A stretch of DNA of 35,493 bases from a virus, in the UHGV virus genome UHGV-0231292; one strand, 5' to 3'. This document shows, piece after piece, positions 35,413-35,493 of the stretch. Made by a program: the position numbers and the translations under genes. The notes under the pieces were generated by a model. It was not told the origin of the DNA. It saw only the letters and a list, made by a program, of their open reading frames with translations, and made no database searches. Position 1 is the stretch's first letter; each line of letters starts with the position of its first letter.

Positions 35413-35493
35413 ACAGCACGTGCACTACCATTGTTTCTGCATATCGCCACACCATCGCCACTCTACCGCCATTGCACAAAATACAAATACGAA

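Noticed and set aside
1-35493. Insertion sequences or transposase genes marking island boundaries
   Set aside because: No transposase-like translation or terminal inverted repeat pair was recognised; the AT-rich islands appear to be simple insertions.

Overview
The window is dominated by a roughly 34 kb P2-like temperate prophage in an enterobacterial-type chromosome. Left junction: a host terminator hairpin plus a 56-bp 3' fragment of a tRNA-Leu(UAA)-like gene (probable att core), then a leftward lysogeny operon (repressor, two cargo genes, integrase). Rightward early operon ends in the rolling-circle initiator A, followed by a ParM/ParR-like cassette and a 196-aa gene in the A-to-cos accessory locus. 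Then Q and P (minus), O N M L X, a lysis cassette, and R S V W J I H G (plus). The tail sheath/tube/E-E'/tape-measure/U block lies on the opposite strand, inverted relative to the canonical P2 order as I recall it, while D and ogr remain on plus. An AT-rich island with a SEC-C-motif protein sits between D and ogr, and a hok-like toxin locus, a secreted protein and a degenerate hok copy follow ogr. No second att copy, CRISPR array, rRNA, intact tRNA or transposase was recognised. All homology calls are from reading the translations and recalling family motifs; no database search was run.
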